Of a DNA stretch of 64,000 nt, positions 10,855 through 21,486 are shown one piece after another. The first letter of the stretch is position 1, and every line of letters starts with the position of its first letter. Source of the DNA: Candidatus Wolframiiraptor sinensis (GTDB lineage Archaea > Thermoproteota > Nitrososphaeria_A > Caldarchaeales > Wolframiiraptoraceae); the NCBI GenBank assembly GCA_023261815.1, contig JALNKA010000001.1, positions 1-64,000 on the forward strand, read 5' to 3'. The notes beneath the pieces were generated by a model, which saw only the letters and a list, made by a program, of their open reading frames with translations, had not been told where the DNA came from and ran no database searches. The translations under genes were made by a program, and so were the position numbers.

Positions 10855-11574
10855 GTGGCCCAAGCTCCGCATAATAGAGCTCCGGAAAAGCTTTGGAAGA
10901 TTTCCGAGGATAGGCGGAGTAGGCTCATAATCGCCCTCGATCTCCACGGCAGCCCGGATGACAAGCGATTACTCCTCGGAAGATGCTTAAGCCTACTCGA
11001 TGAGCTCCGCGATCTCATAGTCGGCGTGAAGATCGGGCTACCCCTAAGCGTCTCGATAGGCTTCGACGGCGTATCAGAGATCATAGAGCGATTCGGTGGG
11101 GAGCTCTACATGATCGCGGACTTCAAGCTCTCAGATATACCCGAGATAATCCAGGTAGCGCTCGAGGGCTTCGGGAGGATGGGGTTCGACGCGGCGATAG
11201 CCCACCTATTCCAGGGAGGGATCGGAGAAGTTAAGCGCGCGATAGACCTCTTCGGCGTCGTCGCCATGAGCCATCCACAGGCCCAGCTCCTTCAGCAAAG
11301 CTTCCATAGGCTATTGCATGAAGCGGAGGCGGCGGAGGTCGAAGGCGTAGTCATCGGCGCTACGAGGGGGGACCTAATTGCTGAGGCCAGGAGAGTTCTT
11401 CCTAGAAAGACTATCCTCTCGCCGGGGGTAATTGTTCAGGGAGCGAGCCCGGCTCATGCTCTCCGGATGGGAGGGGACTTCGAGATAGTCGGCAGGGCGA
11501 TAACGATGGCCGAGAACCCCATTGAGGCCGCTAGAATGATAGTGGAGGCTGAAAGAGATGTCCTACGCGCGTGA
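10855..11574 (+). CDS. pyrF: Orotidine 5'-phosphate decarboxylase
   Basis: LIIALD, VKIG, DFKLSDIP, SPGV..QG, IVGRAI. Confidence 0.93.
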   Translation: MAQAPHNRAPEKLWKISEDRRSRLIIALDLHGSPDDKRLLLGRCLSLLDELRDLIVGVKIGLPLSVSIGFDGVSEIIERFGGELYMIADFKLSDIPEIIQVALEGFGRMGFDAAIAHLFQGGIGEVKRAIDLFGVVAMSHPQAQLLQQSFHRLLHEAEAAEVEGVVIGATRGDLIAEARRVLPRKTILSPGVIVQGASPAHALRMGGDFEIVGRAITMAENPIEAARMIVEAERDVLRA

Positions 11575-12121
11575 GGTCGCGGAGATCCTCGGCAGAGTGG
11601 GCTGCGTGAAGATTGGAAAATTCATCCTCAGCTCGGGCCGCGAGAGCACGATCTACATAGACCTCAGAGCAGTTCCCTCTCACCCGAGGGAGTTCAGGGC
11701 TCTGGCTGAGCTATGCGCTCGGAGAATTAGTGAGTTGGACTTCGAGATTCTGGCCGGCATCGAGTCGAGCGGGATACCCCTAGCAACAGCCCTAACCCTG
11801 ATCATGGATAAGCCCATGGTATATGTTAGGAAGGAAGCGAAATCTCATGGAATGCGGAGGCTGATCGAGGGAGACTTCTCGCCTGGACTGAAGGCGCTCA
11901 TAGTAGATGACGTCGCGACGACGGGATCATCGCTCGAAAGAGCAGCCTCTGCTCTGAGATCTGAGGGCCTTGTAGTCGAGAGCGCATTCGTCATCGTTGA
12001 TCGCGAGGAGGGAGCGCGGGAGAGGCTGGAGCACCTCGGCATAAAACTGCTCTCCATGACAACCTTGAGCCAACTAACCTCAATGATGAGCGGCCTAAGG
12101 GAGGCTGGTGCCGGATGCTGA
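11558..12121 (+). CDS. pyrE: Orotate phosphoribosyltransferase
   Basis: FILSSGRES..YIDLR, RKEAKSHG, VDDVATTGSS. Confidence 0.97.
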   Translation: MSYAREVAEILGRVGCVKIGKFILSSGRESTIYIDLRAVPSHPREFRALAELCARRISELDFEILAGIESSGIPLATALTLIMDKPMVYVRKEAKSHGMRRLIEGDFSPGLKALIVDDVATTGSSLERAASALRSEGLVVESAFVIVDREEGARERLEHLGIKLLSMTTLSQLTSMMSGLREAGAGC

Positions 12122-13032
12122 GGGGAAGAGACATAATATCGGTGAATGAGCTGAGCAGGCAGGACTTCGAGCGGATATTCGATGCGGCTGATGAGATTCT
12201 CGAGGCGCCCGGGAAGTGGTCCTCCGTCCTCAGGGGCAAGATAATGGCGACGGCGTTCTTCGAGCCGAGCACGAGAACAAGGCTGAGCTTCCACACCGCC
12301 ATGCTAAGGCTTGGAGGAGAGGTGGTGGACCTTGGCGAAGTTGAGAAGAGCTCGATGGCTAAGGGCGAGAACCTCTCGGACACGATAAGAATGCTCGACT
12401 CATACTCTGACGTGATCGTGATGAGGCATAGGCTGGAGGGGGCGGCGAAGCTCGCGGCGGAGATCGCGGAGAAGCCGGTGATAAATGCCGGCGATGGGAG
12501 CAGAAATCACCCAACCCAGGCCATGATAGACCTCTACGCGATAAGAAGATTCCATGGGAGAATAGATGGATTGACGATAGGAGTTCTAGGAGACCTGAAG
12601 TACGGGAGGGCGACGAACTCATTCATAGCCGCCCTGGCGAAGTTCCGGGTGGAGAGGATCTACCTGATCTCGCCACCTCAGCTGAGGGTTAGGGATGATA
12701 CTCGCGAGCTGTTATCCGAGGCGGGCATAGAATTCAAGGAGGTCGAGAGGCTCGAGGACGTGATAGGGGAGCTCGACGTGCTATACGCGAGCAGGATCCA
12801 GAAGGAAAGATTCCCGGATCCAAGCGAATACGAACTGGTCAGGGGAAGCTATGTGATAACGGCCGAGACGCTCAAGGGAGCCAGGAGTAGCCTGACGATA
12901 CTCCACCCGCTTCCGAGAGTGGATGAGATAAGCTTCGAGGTGGACTCGACGCCGCACGCCAAGTACTTCGAGCAGGCGGCTCTCGGCGTTCCGGTGAGGA
13001 TGGCCCTGCTCAAGCTCATTCTGGTGGGGTGA
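12115..13032 (+). CDS. pyrB: Aspartate carbamoyltransferase catalytic subunit
   Basis: FFEPSTRTRLSF, HPTQ, GDLKYGR, HPLPR. Confidence 0.98.
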   Translation: MLRGRDIISVNELSRQDFERIFDAADEILEAPGKWSSVLRGKIMATAFFEPSTRTRLSFHTAMLRLGGEVVDLGEVEKSSMAKGENLSDTIRMLDSYSDVIVMRHRLEGAAKLAAEIAEKPVINAGDGSRNHPTQAMIDLYAIRRFHGRIDGLTIGVLGDLKYGRATNSFIAALAKFRVERIYLISPPQLRVRDDTRELLSEAGIEFKEVERLEDVIGELDVLYASRIQKERFPDPSEYELVRGSYVITAETLKGARSSLTILHPLPRVDEISFEVDSTPHAKYFEQAALGVPVRMALLKLILVG

Positions 13033-13038
13033 GGTGGC

Positions 13039-13518
13039 GTGGCGGAGAAGCCCCTGCTCGTGGCGAAGATAAGGAATGGGACTATCATAGATCATATTCC
13101 AGCGGGTAGAGCTCTCAGCATCCTGAAGCTAATGGGGATAACCGGGAAGGAAGGATTCACGGTCGCGCTTGTGATGAATGTGGAGAGCAGAAAGCTCGGG
13201 AGAAAGGACATAATCAAGGTCGAGGGTCTCGAGCTGAAGCCCGAGGACACGGATAAGATCGCACTCCTAGCGCCCATGGCCACGATAAACGTCGTCAAGG
13301 AATATGCTGTGGTCGAGAAGAGGAAGGCTGTCCCGCCGAGGATCGTCGAGGGATTCTTAAAGTGCAAGAACCCGAGCTGCATCACTAATCAGAGGAATGA
13401 GCCCGTGAGGCCGAGGTTCAGGACCGCGAGCTACGACCCACTCAAACTCGTCTGCGACTACTGCGGCCTCGCCCTAACATTCGAGGATATCGCGCGGCAA
13501 CTGGAGTCAAGAGCATGA
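13039..13518 (+). CDS. pyrI: Aspartate carbamoyltransferase regulatory subunit
   Basis: NGTIIDHI, KDIIKVE, CKNPSCIT and CDYC zinc site. Confidence 0.97.
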   Translation: MAEKPLLVAKIRNGTIIDHIPAGRALSILKLMGITGKEGFTVALVMNVESRKLGRKDIIKVEGLELKPEDTDKIALLAPMATINVVKEYAVVEKRKAVPPRIVEGFLKCKNPSCITNQRNEPVRPRFRTASYDPLKLVCDYCGLALTFEDIARQLESRA

Positions 13519-14270
13519 ACTACAGAATTGGTAAGATCGAGGGCATAAGAACGCTGACCAAGAGCATAAAGGAGTACGAGATAGTCTTGGATGAGCCCAT
13601 CAATCCGGAGCCAGGTCAATTCGCGATGCTCTGGATACCCGGCGTCGGCGAGATACCATTGAGCTTCGCAGACGCGGAAACTAAGCGCATCAAGTTCATA
13701 GTTGCGAGGGTTGGAAAGGTCACAGGCCACATGCACGATAAGCTCAGGGCTGGGGATAAAGTCTTCATTCGAGGCCCGTTAGGAAGAGGGTTCACTCGGA
13801 TTCGAGGTGGCCGCGCGCTGCTAGTCGCCGGAGGCTATGGCCTCGCGCCATTATACTTCCTGTCGAGAAAGCTAAGATCAATGGAATGCGGCGTGAAAGC
13901 CCTCTTGGGCTTTAAATCCGATGATGAGATCTTCTACGTGAAGGAGTTCGAGGAGCTCGTGGAGACGGAGATCTCGGTCGAACACGGCTCATCGGGACAC
14001 CGAGGAACGGTTCTCGATCTCTTCAAGGATGTGATCCGGGTTGAGCGATTCAATATGGTCTACGCGTGCGGGAGGGAGGAGCTGAACCTAGCCCTGATCA
14101 GGAAGTGCCTGAGAATGGGCGTGCCAGTCGAGGCGTCTTTCGAGAGGATCATGAGATGCGGCGCCGGAATATGTGGATCATGCTCAATAGAGCCCCTGGG
14201 GATCAGGGTCTGCAGAGATGGCCCGGTCATAGATGGAAGCATGATCGCGCCGATGCTGGAGGCTCCATGA
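13515..14270 (+). CDS. pyrK: Dihydroorotate dehydrogenase electron-transfer subunit
   Basis: PGQFAMLW, RGPLGRGF, AGGYGLAP, MRCGAGICGSC...VCRDGPV 2Fe-2S motif. Confidence 0.95.
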   Translation: MNYRIGKIEGIRTLTKSIKEYEIVLDEPINPEPGQFAMLWIPGVGEIPLSFADAETKRIKFIVARVGKVTGHMHDKLRAGDKVFIRGPLGRGFTRIRGGRALLVAGGYGLAPLYFLSRKLRSMECGVKALLGFKSDDEIFYVKEFEELVETEISVEHGSSGHRGTVLDLFKDVIRVERFNMVYACGREELNLALIRKCLRMGVPVEASFERIMRCGAGICGSCSIEPLGIRVCRDGPVIDGSMIAPMLEAP

Positions 14271-14273
14271 ACC

Positions 14274-15563
14274 TTGAGAGCGGACCTAGTAATTGAGGGA
14301 AGAGCTTACGTGGATGGCAGGCTGATCGAGGCGGCGATAGCGATAGATGACGGCGTGATAGCATCGGTCTCGAGCCCAGCTCTAGCGCCCAGCGCCGATG
14401 AAAGGCTCGTGCTCGGGCCGGGCCAGATCATGCTACCAGGGATGGTGGACATGCACGTTCACCTGAGAGACTTCAATCAAGCATACAAGGAGGATTGGTA
14501 TACCGGCACGCTCGCGGCCCTGAGAGGAGGCGTAACGCTGGTTGCTGATATGCCGAATAACGATCCGCCGGTAAACTCTCTGGCGAGGCTGAGGGAGAAG
14601 CTCGAGATCGCTGGGAGCAGAGCGCTCGTGGACTTCGCCCTCTACTGCGGAGCGCCGATGGATCCCGGCGAGATATCCGAGATCAGGAAGATCGCATGCG
14701 GGTTCAAGATCTATCCCGAGGACTACAGTAGGCTGCCCAGTCTCCTAGACCAGCTTGAAGAAAGCCTTGTCGTGATCCATCCAGAGGATCCAGAGACGAT
14801 AATGCTTGAGAGGAGCAGGATCATAAGTCCGAGGATCGAGGATCATGGGAGGATCAGGCCGAAGCTGGCTGAGATAAGGGCCGTGGATAGGGTTCTCGAG
14901 ATTGCCGGGAGCAGGCGATTAAGATTGCACTTCACGCACTTGACGACCGGCGACTCGATACTGAGAGTGATCTCCTCGAAACTCCGCGGAGGAGGCATCT
15001 CATGCGATGCGACGCTTCATCATGCTCTTCTATCATCGGATGCTGTGAAGGTGCTCGGCGGCATAGCTAAGGTGAATCCGCCACTCAGGAGCAGGGAGGA
15101 CTCCGAGGCGGTGCTGAGCGCGATGAGATCCGGGCTAGTGGACGCGATAACATCGGATCACGCGCCGCATCTTCTCGAGGAGAAGCTACGCGACGACTAT
15201 GATGAGGTTCCGCCCGGCTTCCCAGGCCTGGAAATCTACCTGCCGATAATTCTGACAGAGGTGCTGGAGGGCCGCGTGCCGCTTAGAGTCTTGGATCTTT
15301 ACTCACGCAAGCCGGCTGAGATCCTCGGCGCTCGGAAGGGCTCGCTGACTCCGGGAATGGATGGCGACGTGGTGGTAGTCGAGCTAGGAAGGAAGCGGGT
15401 GATAAGCCCATCAGACTTCGCGTCCAAGGCTAAGTATACGCCGTTCGAGGGCTGGAAGATTAAGGCCGAGGTGAGGATGGTGTTTCTGCGGGGAACTTTG
15501 GCGCTGAGAGATGGCGAGTCCTGCGTGAGAATGGGGTTTGGGAGGCATGTCGCCGGATCTTGA
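14274..15563 (+). CDS. pyrC: Dihydroorotase
   Basis: PGMVDMHVHLRD, DMPNN, KVNPPLR, SDHAPH, TPFEG. Confidence 0.95.
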   Translation: MRADLVIEGRAYVDGRLIEAAIAIDDGVIASVSSPALAPSADERLVLGPGQIMLPGMVDMHVHLRDFNQAYKEDWYTGTLAALRGGVTLVADMPNNDPPVNSLARLREKLEIAGSRALVDFALYCGAPMDPGEISEIRKIACGFKIYPEDYSRLPSLLDQLEESLVVIHPEDPETIMLERSRIISPRIEDHGRIRPKLAEIRAVDRVLEIAGSRRLRLHFTHLTTGDSILRVISSKLRGGGISCDATLHHALLSSDAVKVLGGIAKVNPPLRSREDSEAVLSAMRSGLVDAITSDHAPHLLEEKLRDDYDEVPPGFPGLEIYLPIILTEVLEGRVPLRVLDLYSRKPAEILGARKGSLTPGMDGDVVVVELGRKRVISPSDFASKAKYTPFEGWKIKAEVRMVFLRGTLALRDGESCVRMGFGRHVAGS

Positions 15564-16464
15564 GGTCGAGCTTGCTGGCCTCCGGCTGAGAAACCCGACG
15601 ATCCTGGCATCGGGGATACTCGGATCCTTCTACGGCCTGATGAAGCGGGTTGAGGATGCTGGCGCCGGCGCGATAACCACCAAGACCGTTACTCGAGAGC
15701 CGAGGGAGGGATACCCGAATCCCGTCTTCGTGGATCTCGGATTCGGCTACCTCAACGCTATGGGGCTTCCGAACCCCGGGATAAGAGAATTTAGCGTGGA
15801 GCTGAGGAGAGCAGCGCGCGAGATCAGAATACCGTTGATCGCTAGCATAGGCGGGAGAAATGAGGAAGAGTTCATGGATGTCGCGGGGCGGGCTCTGGAC
15901 GCCGGATGTAGCGGCATAGAGCTCAACCTCTCATGCCCCCACGTCAGCGGATATGGCCTAGAAATAGGATCCGACCTCCAGCTAGCATGCAGCATAATCA
16001 AGGCCGTCAAGAGCATATCATCCAAGCCCGTCTTCACGAAAATCTCGATCCATCAGGCCAGGCCCGATATCGTATCCCGTTATCTGGGTTCGGGCGCTGA
16101 TGGCGTGACGGCGATAAACACGATCCGCGCGGCGGCGATATGCGTAGAATCAATGACCCCAATATTATCAAATATCATCGGGGGGCTCTCAGGGCCGTGC
16201 ATCAGGCCGATAGCAGTCGCCGCGATCTACGAGATTAGGAGGGAGCTTCCTGGCGTGCCGATAATAGGCGTCGGAGGAGTGGATGGCTGGAGAGCTGCCT
16301 TGGAGCTAATCCTAGCTGGAGCCAACGCCGTTGGAGTGGGCTCGGCTATAGCTAGGAAAGATCTCCAGATATTCGGGGAGATCATCGAGGGATTAAGGAG
16401 ATTCCTCGCCGAGAGAGGCTTCAAATCAATCAAGGAGCTGGTGGGATATGCGCACAGATCATGA
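15547..16464 (+). CDS. pyrD: Dihydroorotate dehydrogenase (family 1B) catalytic subunit
   Basis: NAMGLPNPG, ELNLSCPH, AINT, GGLSG, IGVGG. Confidence 0.97.
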   Translation: MSPDLEVELAGLRLRNPTILASGILGSFYGLMKRVEDAGAGAITTKTVTREPREGYPNPVFVDLGFGYLNAMGLPNPGIREFSVELRRAAREIRIPLIASIGGRNEEEFMDVAGRALDAGCSGIELNLSCPHVSGYGLEIGSDLQLACSIIKAVKSISSKPVFTKISIHQARPDIVSRYLGSGADGVTAINTIRAAAICVESMTPILSNIIGGLSGPCIRPIAVAAIYEIRRELPGVPIIGVGGVDGWRAALELILAGANAVGVGSAIARKDLQIFGEIIEGLRRFLAERGFKSIKELVGYAHRS

Positions 16465-16500
16465 GAGGTTTCCATGCCGCGCGAAGGGGGCGATCGCGCG

Positions 16501-18171
16501 ATGAATGAGTCGAACACGAGGTTCATCTTCGTCACGGGCGGGGTTTTAAGCGGCCTCGGAAAAGGCGTCGTAGCCGCTTCGATAGGAAAGCTCCTCCAGT
16601 TCAGGGGCTACACCGTTGATGCCGTGAAAATAGACCCATACCTGAACGTTGATCCGGGGACACTCAACCCCGTGGAGCATGGCGAGGTCTTCGTATGCGA
16701 GGATGTCTGGGAGTTCGAGGCGGCGCCGGGCTACAGGTTCAGGATAGCCGAGATAGATCAGGATTTCGGGACGTATGAGCGCTTCCTCGAGATCAACATG
16801 CACCCCTCGAATAACATAACCTCTGGCCAGATCTACCTGAGCGTGATCCTGAAGGAGAGGGTTGGAGAATTCCTGGGCAAAACGATTCAAGTCATACCGC
16901 ACATAACTGACGAGATAAAGCGGAGGATCCTGAGGGCATCGCAGAGGCTTGGGCCGGATATCCTGCTCGTCGAGATCGGCGGAACTGTCGGAGACATCGA
17001 GGTCATGCCATTCCTCGAGGCGCTGAGGCAGCTCATCCTCGAGCTCGGGAAGGAGAGGATAATCCTCGTCCACGTGACCCTCATACCATTCCTCGAAACA
17101 GTTGGGCAGCTCAAGACGAAGCCGACTCAGCATAGCGTGAAGCTCCTCCAGAGCATGGGCCTCCAGCCTGACATCATAATAGGCAGGAGCAAGGTCGAGC
17201 TCCCTGATGACGTAAAGGAGAAGATAAGCCTATTCTGCAACGTGCCGGGGCGCGCGGTGATCTCCGACCCGGATCTCGAGACGCCCTATGAGCTCCCCAT
17301 GATATTCGAGCGGCAGGGGCTCGGAGACTTGATATGCGATCTCCTGAGGCTTCCGCGTAGGAGGCTGGATGATCGGAGGGTGAGCGAGTGGAGTGAGCTT
17401 GTTAGGAGGTTTAAGGAGCCCGCGGATTGCGTCAGGATAGCGATGCCCGGGAAATACTGCATGATCTCTGATAGCTATATTAGCATAATCGAGGCACTCA
17501 GAGCTTCGGCCGCATACCTCGGCCTAAGAGCGGAGCCCATCCTCATAGAGACCGAGGAGTTCGAGCGCGATCCCGGAAATCTGAAGATCCTGGACAACGT
17601 TGATGGAATACTCCTTACTCCTGGATTCGGCGCGAGGGGCGTCGAGGGGATGATAATGGCCGCGGAGCACGCGATAAGAAAGAGGATGCCGCTTCTCGGG
17701 ATATGCTTCGGCGCCCAGTTGCTCTTCGTCGCGTTCTCGAGGCTCGTGCTGGGATTGAGAGGCGCGAACTCAACCGAGGTCGATCCGAATACACCGCACC
17801 CGGTCGTGGATCTTCTGAGCGAGCAGCGGGAGGTGAATCTCAAGGGAGGAACGATGAAGCTCGGCGGGAGGCCCGTGAGAATAATCAGGGGAACGAAGCT
17901 CCATGAGGCGTACAGATCCGAGAGGGTCATCGAGAGGTTCAGGCACAGGTATCACATAAGCCCGAGATACGCTGAGCTCGCGGCCGAAAAGGGGCTCGTC
18001 ATCTCGGCATACGATGAGCTCGATGAAACGATATGCGGAATAGAGCTCGAGGGCTCTTGGATAGTCGGAGTCCAGTTTCACCCGGAGTTCAAGAGCAGGC
18101 CGAGAACGCCATCACCAATCTTCCTAGAATTCGTGAGGAAATCATATGAGAATCGGAAAAAGAGGGGGTAA
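16501..18171 (+). CDS. pyrG: CTP synthase
   Basis: [44 protein letters not shown]. Confidence 0.98.
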   Translation: MNESNTRFIFVTGGVLSGLGKGVVAASIGKLLQFRGYTVDAVKIDPYLNVDPGTLNPVEHGEVFVCEDVWEFEAAPGYRFRIAEIDQDFGTYERFLEINMHPSNNITSGQIYLSVILKERVGEFLGKTIQVIPHITDEIKRRILRASQRLGPDILLVEIGGTVGDIEVMPFLEALRQLILELGKERIILVHVTLIPFLETVGQLKTKPTQHSVKLLQSMGLQPDIIIGRSKVELPDDVKEKISLFCNVPGRAVISDPDLETPYELPMIFERQGLGDLICDLLRLPRRRLDDRRVSEWSELVRRFKEPADCVRIAMPGKYCMISDSYISIIEALRASAAYLGLRAEPILIETEEFERDPGNLKILDNVDGILLTPGFGARGVEGMIMAAEHAIRKRMPLLGICFGAQLLFVAFSRLVLGLRGANSTEVDPNTPHPVVDLLSEQREVNLKGGTMKLGGRPVRIIRGTKLHEAYRSERVIERFRHRYHISPRYAELAAEKGLVISAYDELDETICGIELEGSWIVGVQFHPEFKSRPRTPSPIFLEFVRKSYENRKKRG

Positions 18172-18182
18172 GTGGGCTCGGA

Positions 18183-19403
18183 TCATCTTTCCCCAGGGCG
18201 GTTCTCGGATTTGCCTGGCGGGATTATCGGCGGCCTCGCCTCCTCCTTGCCTTTCGGCGGAGCTATCGGCGCTTTCGCCTCTCCCATCTTCCTAGCCGCT
18301 TTCTCGATCAGGTTCTCGGCGCGCTTGATCAACCCTTTGGCCGAGGCGGCTGCGCCAGCCAGCTCGCTTAGGCTCCAGTTGCCCGAGGCAATCTTCTCCC
18401 TCAGCATCTCGAGGCCCACAATTTCCTCATCTAGCTCCCTCGCTAGATCCGTTAGATTCAGCTCTCTCGCCTTATCCCTAAGCTCCTGTAGTCTGCCGAG
18501 ATACTCCTCGATAGTCTCATTAAGCTTCTCGGCCTTCTCCCTCAGGATTGATCTGAGCTCCTCTCTAGCCCTCTCACGCGTGGCGTTTCCGGGCGGATAT
18601 CCTGCGGACAGTCTTTCCATCAGCTGCTTCAAGACCTCTCTCGCCGTGGCTATCCTCTCCATCGCGTGCTCCACGGCCTCAATGGCGTTCTCGGATGCAT
18701 TGACCTCCATGAGTCTCTCCCTAACCCTCTCGAGAACCGCGAGGACCTTGCTCGACGCGTTCAAAGCGTTCATCAAGCCGAATAGCGCCCCGGACCTCGC
18801 CGCCCTCTCCGTATAGTTCATGGCCTCCTCGGAGATCCTCGCGGCCCACATGTGCCTCAGCATTTCCCTAATTATTTTCATGAGGTGGGCGACATCCCCG
18901 ACCGTCAGGTTCTCGCCAGCCCTCTCCCTTATCCACTCCCTAATCCTCTCCCTCACCTGCTCCGCCTCGCCCGCGGTCAGGTTCATCTTTGCGAGGGTTA
19001 GGTTAAGCCTCTCCCTAACCCTCTCGAGAATCCTCATGGCGACGCGATCCTGGCTCAGAGTAGCATTGCGCGCCAAGCATCCCCTGATCTCCGCCAGAAG
19101 CGCCTCGGCCCTAGCAATGAATTCTCTGAGCTCATCCTCGGAGAGCGCCGAGATGTTAATGGATACTAGGGCCTCTACATCGCTTCTCAGGGCATCAGAG
19201 GTGTTTGCGGCATTAGCCGCCCTCTCCAGCATCTTCTGCAATATGAAGGCGCGCAGCCTCAGCTTCTGAAGCTCCTTGCTTGAGGCCTGATCAGTGTAGC
19301 CGGCAGCCTGACCATATGCCGCCATGATCGGTGATACCGCTAGCAGGAGGAGAAGCACGACGGCGATCGCCTGAAAGCTAAGTCTCGCTCCCATGCCGCG
19401 CAT
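18183..19403 (-). CDS. Secreted, highly alpha-helical/coiled-coil hypothetical protein
   Basis: Signal peptide (IAVVLLLLLAVSPIMA), E/R/A-rich heptads, several N-x-S/T sequons, Pro/Lys-rich tail. Confidence 0.7.
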   Translation of the reverse strand: MRGMGARLSFQAIAVVLLLLLAVSPIMAAYGQAAGYTDQASSKELQKLRLRAFILQKMLERAANAANTSDALRSDVEALVSINISALSEDELREFIARAEALLAEIRGCLARNATLSQDRVAMRILERVRERLNLTLAKMNLTAGEAEQVRERIREWIRERAGENLTVGDVAHLMKIIREMLRHMWAARISEEAMNYTERAARSGALFGLMNALNASSKVLAVLERVRERLMEVNASENAIEAVEHAMERIATAREVLKQLMERLSAGYPPGNATRERAREELRSILREKAEKLNETIEEYLGRLQELRDKARELNLTDLARELDEEIVGLEMLREKIASGNWSLSELAGAAASAKGLIKRAENLIEKAARKMGEAKAPIAPPKGKEEARPPIIPPGKSENRPGER

Positions 19404-19439
19404 TCACCGAACATTATGAGATGATGGTGCTGATATTAG

Positions 19440-19473
19440 GGAATCTTAGGAATCCGGGTTTCAAATGGTTTCA
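19440..19473 (-). promoter_or_regulatory. Four tandem GA(A/T)(A/T)CC direct repeats, putative operator
   Basis: Minus strand tGAAACCatttGAAACCcgGATTCCtaaGATTCC upstream of the 19403 gene. Confidence 0.4.
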
Positions 19474-19495
19474 GGGCTAGGAACCCGGCGAAACC

Positions 19496-20407
19496 TCAGC
19501 TCGGCCTCCTGACGAGTATGAGCCTATTCAGAGACCCCTCCTTCACGATCTCCAAATATCCGAGCTTCCCGAGCTTCCTGACATGCCTCCACAGCGTGGT
19601 CTTCGGCAATCCCAGGGCCGCCTGAAGATCTCCCTGGAGAATCGAGCCGCCCGCATTCTCGATGGCCTCCAAGATCATTCTATCGAGCTTGGTCAGGCTC
19701 CAGTCCTCGGCGAAGCCCTCCCTCCTCCTAGACCTTGAGTAAATTATGGCGGCCAAGACAGCGATGGCTGGCAGCGCGATGGCGCCGATGATTATCGCTT
19801 GATCAATGAGCTGGGCTCCAGGCCTCTCGGCTACCTCGAATGTCTGCGTGCCGGTTGCTTGAGTAGTAGTCCTGAGGAGCGTCTCCGCACCCGTGGTAGT
19901 GGTCGCTTCCTCGGTGGTCAAAGTGGCCGTGATGGTGGGTCTCGCGATCGCTCCAGTTTTCACAGCATACTCTATCACCTCAGGGCCGTAGAACTCTATC
20001 ACTAGATCGCCCTCAGCATACTCCATTCTCTCGATATTCCTCGGAACTGCTAGCAGGACTATCTGCGGCGGCACCCTCAACCTCGTCAAATTCTCATAGA
20101 CTATGCTGAAGCTGAAGATGCTATCCCTCGCCGACACGTTGACGAGATATGTGATCTCCGCCTCACCCGCGATCGGCGAGAAAAAGTAGATGGATTGATT
20201 CTCGTAAATCGCGACCGCGTATTCTCCTCTAACCTTGACCTCAATTGTCTCCGGAATCGGCTCGGCCGGAAGCCTTACCTCATTCAGCCCCTCAACCACA
20301 TTTAATCTCAAATGAGCCTCGACGACCCCGCTGGAATCTATCGTGATGAGCACGGTGGCGGGCTGAGAAGCCAGTAGCAGGATCGCGAGCATCATGAAGG
20401 TCTTCAA
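19496..20407 (-). CDS. Membrane-anchored protein with C-terminal winged HTH (COG2512-like regulator)
   Basis: Signal peptide, beta-rich ectodomain, Thr-rich linker, TM helix, then ILQGDLQAALGLPKTTLWRHVRKLGKLGYL. Confidence 0.8.
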   Translation of the reverse strand: MKTFMMLAILLLASQPATVLITIDSSGVVEAHLRLNVVEGLNEVRLPAEPIPETIEVKVRGEYAVAIYENQSIYFFSPIAGEAEITYLVNVSARDSIFSFSIVYENLTRLRVPPQIVLLAVPRNIERMEYAEGDLVIEFYGPEVIEYAVKTGAIARPTITATLTTEEATTTTGAETLLRTTTQATGTQTFEVAERPGAQLIDQAIIIGAIALPAIAVLAAIIYSRSRRREGFAEDWSLTKLDRMILEAIENAGGSILQGDLQAALGLPKTTLWRHVRKLGKLGYLEIVKEGSLNRLILVRRPS

Positions 20408-20507
20408 AGCAACTTTCAGAAAGTTGCCGAGCGCCCGCAGGTATTAAGCTTAATGCTCCTCGAGTCGGGGAAATGCTCATTAAGCTTGTTCACGCAGATT
20501 GCATCGA

Positions 20508-21434
20508 ATGCAGGTTGCCTGCCCGAGCTGCGGCGCATTCACGGCGATAGAGAAGGCCTTTTGCATCAGATGCGGCGAGAGGATAGTCCCGCTAACCAGA
20601 TATGATCTCGGGGCGGCCGACTTCATCTATCCGCCTGACCGCGATGCGATGGAGAGTTTGAGGGGTTTCGAGGCCCTCTCCCCCATACTTGACGAGCTGG
20701 TGGTTAAGCGCTATATCCGGTCGGCCTTATCCAGGCTGGAGAAGAGCTCGAGGCACATTGACTTCTCATCTATGCTCGGCTCCATGGTGAGGGAGTGCGG
20801 GATAATGCTCGGCCTCCAGAGGCTTCCAAAGATTTACCTGCTGGAAGAAGACTTGCCGACGGCGTTCACTTTCGGTACGAGGAGCCGGCAATTCCTCGTA
20901 TTGAGCTCCGGGCTTCTCGAGATCCTCGATGATGATGAGGTTAAAGCGGTGATAGGCCATGAGTGCGGCCACATCAAATGCCATCACATAAAATATCACA
21001 CGCTAGCCGAGATGCTCGTCATGGGCGCTGAGCTCTCCCTCGAGCTCGTTGGAGGAATATTAAATATGGTCTCGCCGCTTCTCCGGCTAATGCTTCTATC
21101 ATGGCACAGGGAGTCTGAGATCTCGGCCGATAGGGCTGCGCTAATAGTCTCGGGAGATCCCGCGAAGCCGGTAAGCCTGCTCAAGAAGCTTGCGAGAATA
21201 GCCCCCATATCGGAGGATAGGGCCGTGGAACCGCTCAGCACTCACCCAACGCATGAGGAGCGGATTAATCGCCTGATAGAGTATTATCGGAGCCAGGAAT
21301 ACGCGGCTGTTAGGAGGAAGGTCGAGTGGAGGCTAGAGATCTCGAAAGCCCTCACACCATCCTGCAGATTCTGCGGCGGGGCTAAGCCCATCGTGAGCCT
21401 CTTCTGCCCCCGCTGCGGCAAAAGCCAGATTTGA
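20508..21434 (+). CDS. M48/HtpX-family zinc metalloprotease with N- and C-terminal zinc ribbons
   Basis: IGHECGHI, EISADRAA, STHP; CPSC..CIRC and CRFC..CPRC. Confidence 0.88.
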   Translation: MQVACPSCGAFTAIEKAFCIRCGERIVPLTRYDLGAADFIYPPDRDAMESLRGFEALSPILDELVVKRYIRSALSRLEKSSRHIDFSSMLGSMVRECGIMLGLQRLPKIYLLEEDLPTAFTFGTRSRQFLVLSSGLLEILDDDEVKAVIGHECGHIKCHHIKYHTLAEMLVMGAELSLELVGGILNMVSPLLRLMLLSWHRESEISADRAALIVSGDPAKPVSLLKKLARIAPISEDRAVEPLSTHPTHEERINRLIEYYRSQEYAAVRRKVEWRLEISKALTPSCRFCGGAKPIVSLFCPRCGKSQI

Positions 21435-21486
21435 TTTAGAATGATAAAAATTGCAGCCTTGATCTGATAGTCTTTCGGAGAGATGG

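Noticed and set aside
18172-19269. Plus-strand ORFs of 214 and 149 aa
   Set aside because: Ser/Leu-rich antisense shadows of the Glu/Arg-rich minus-strand gene.
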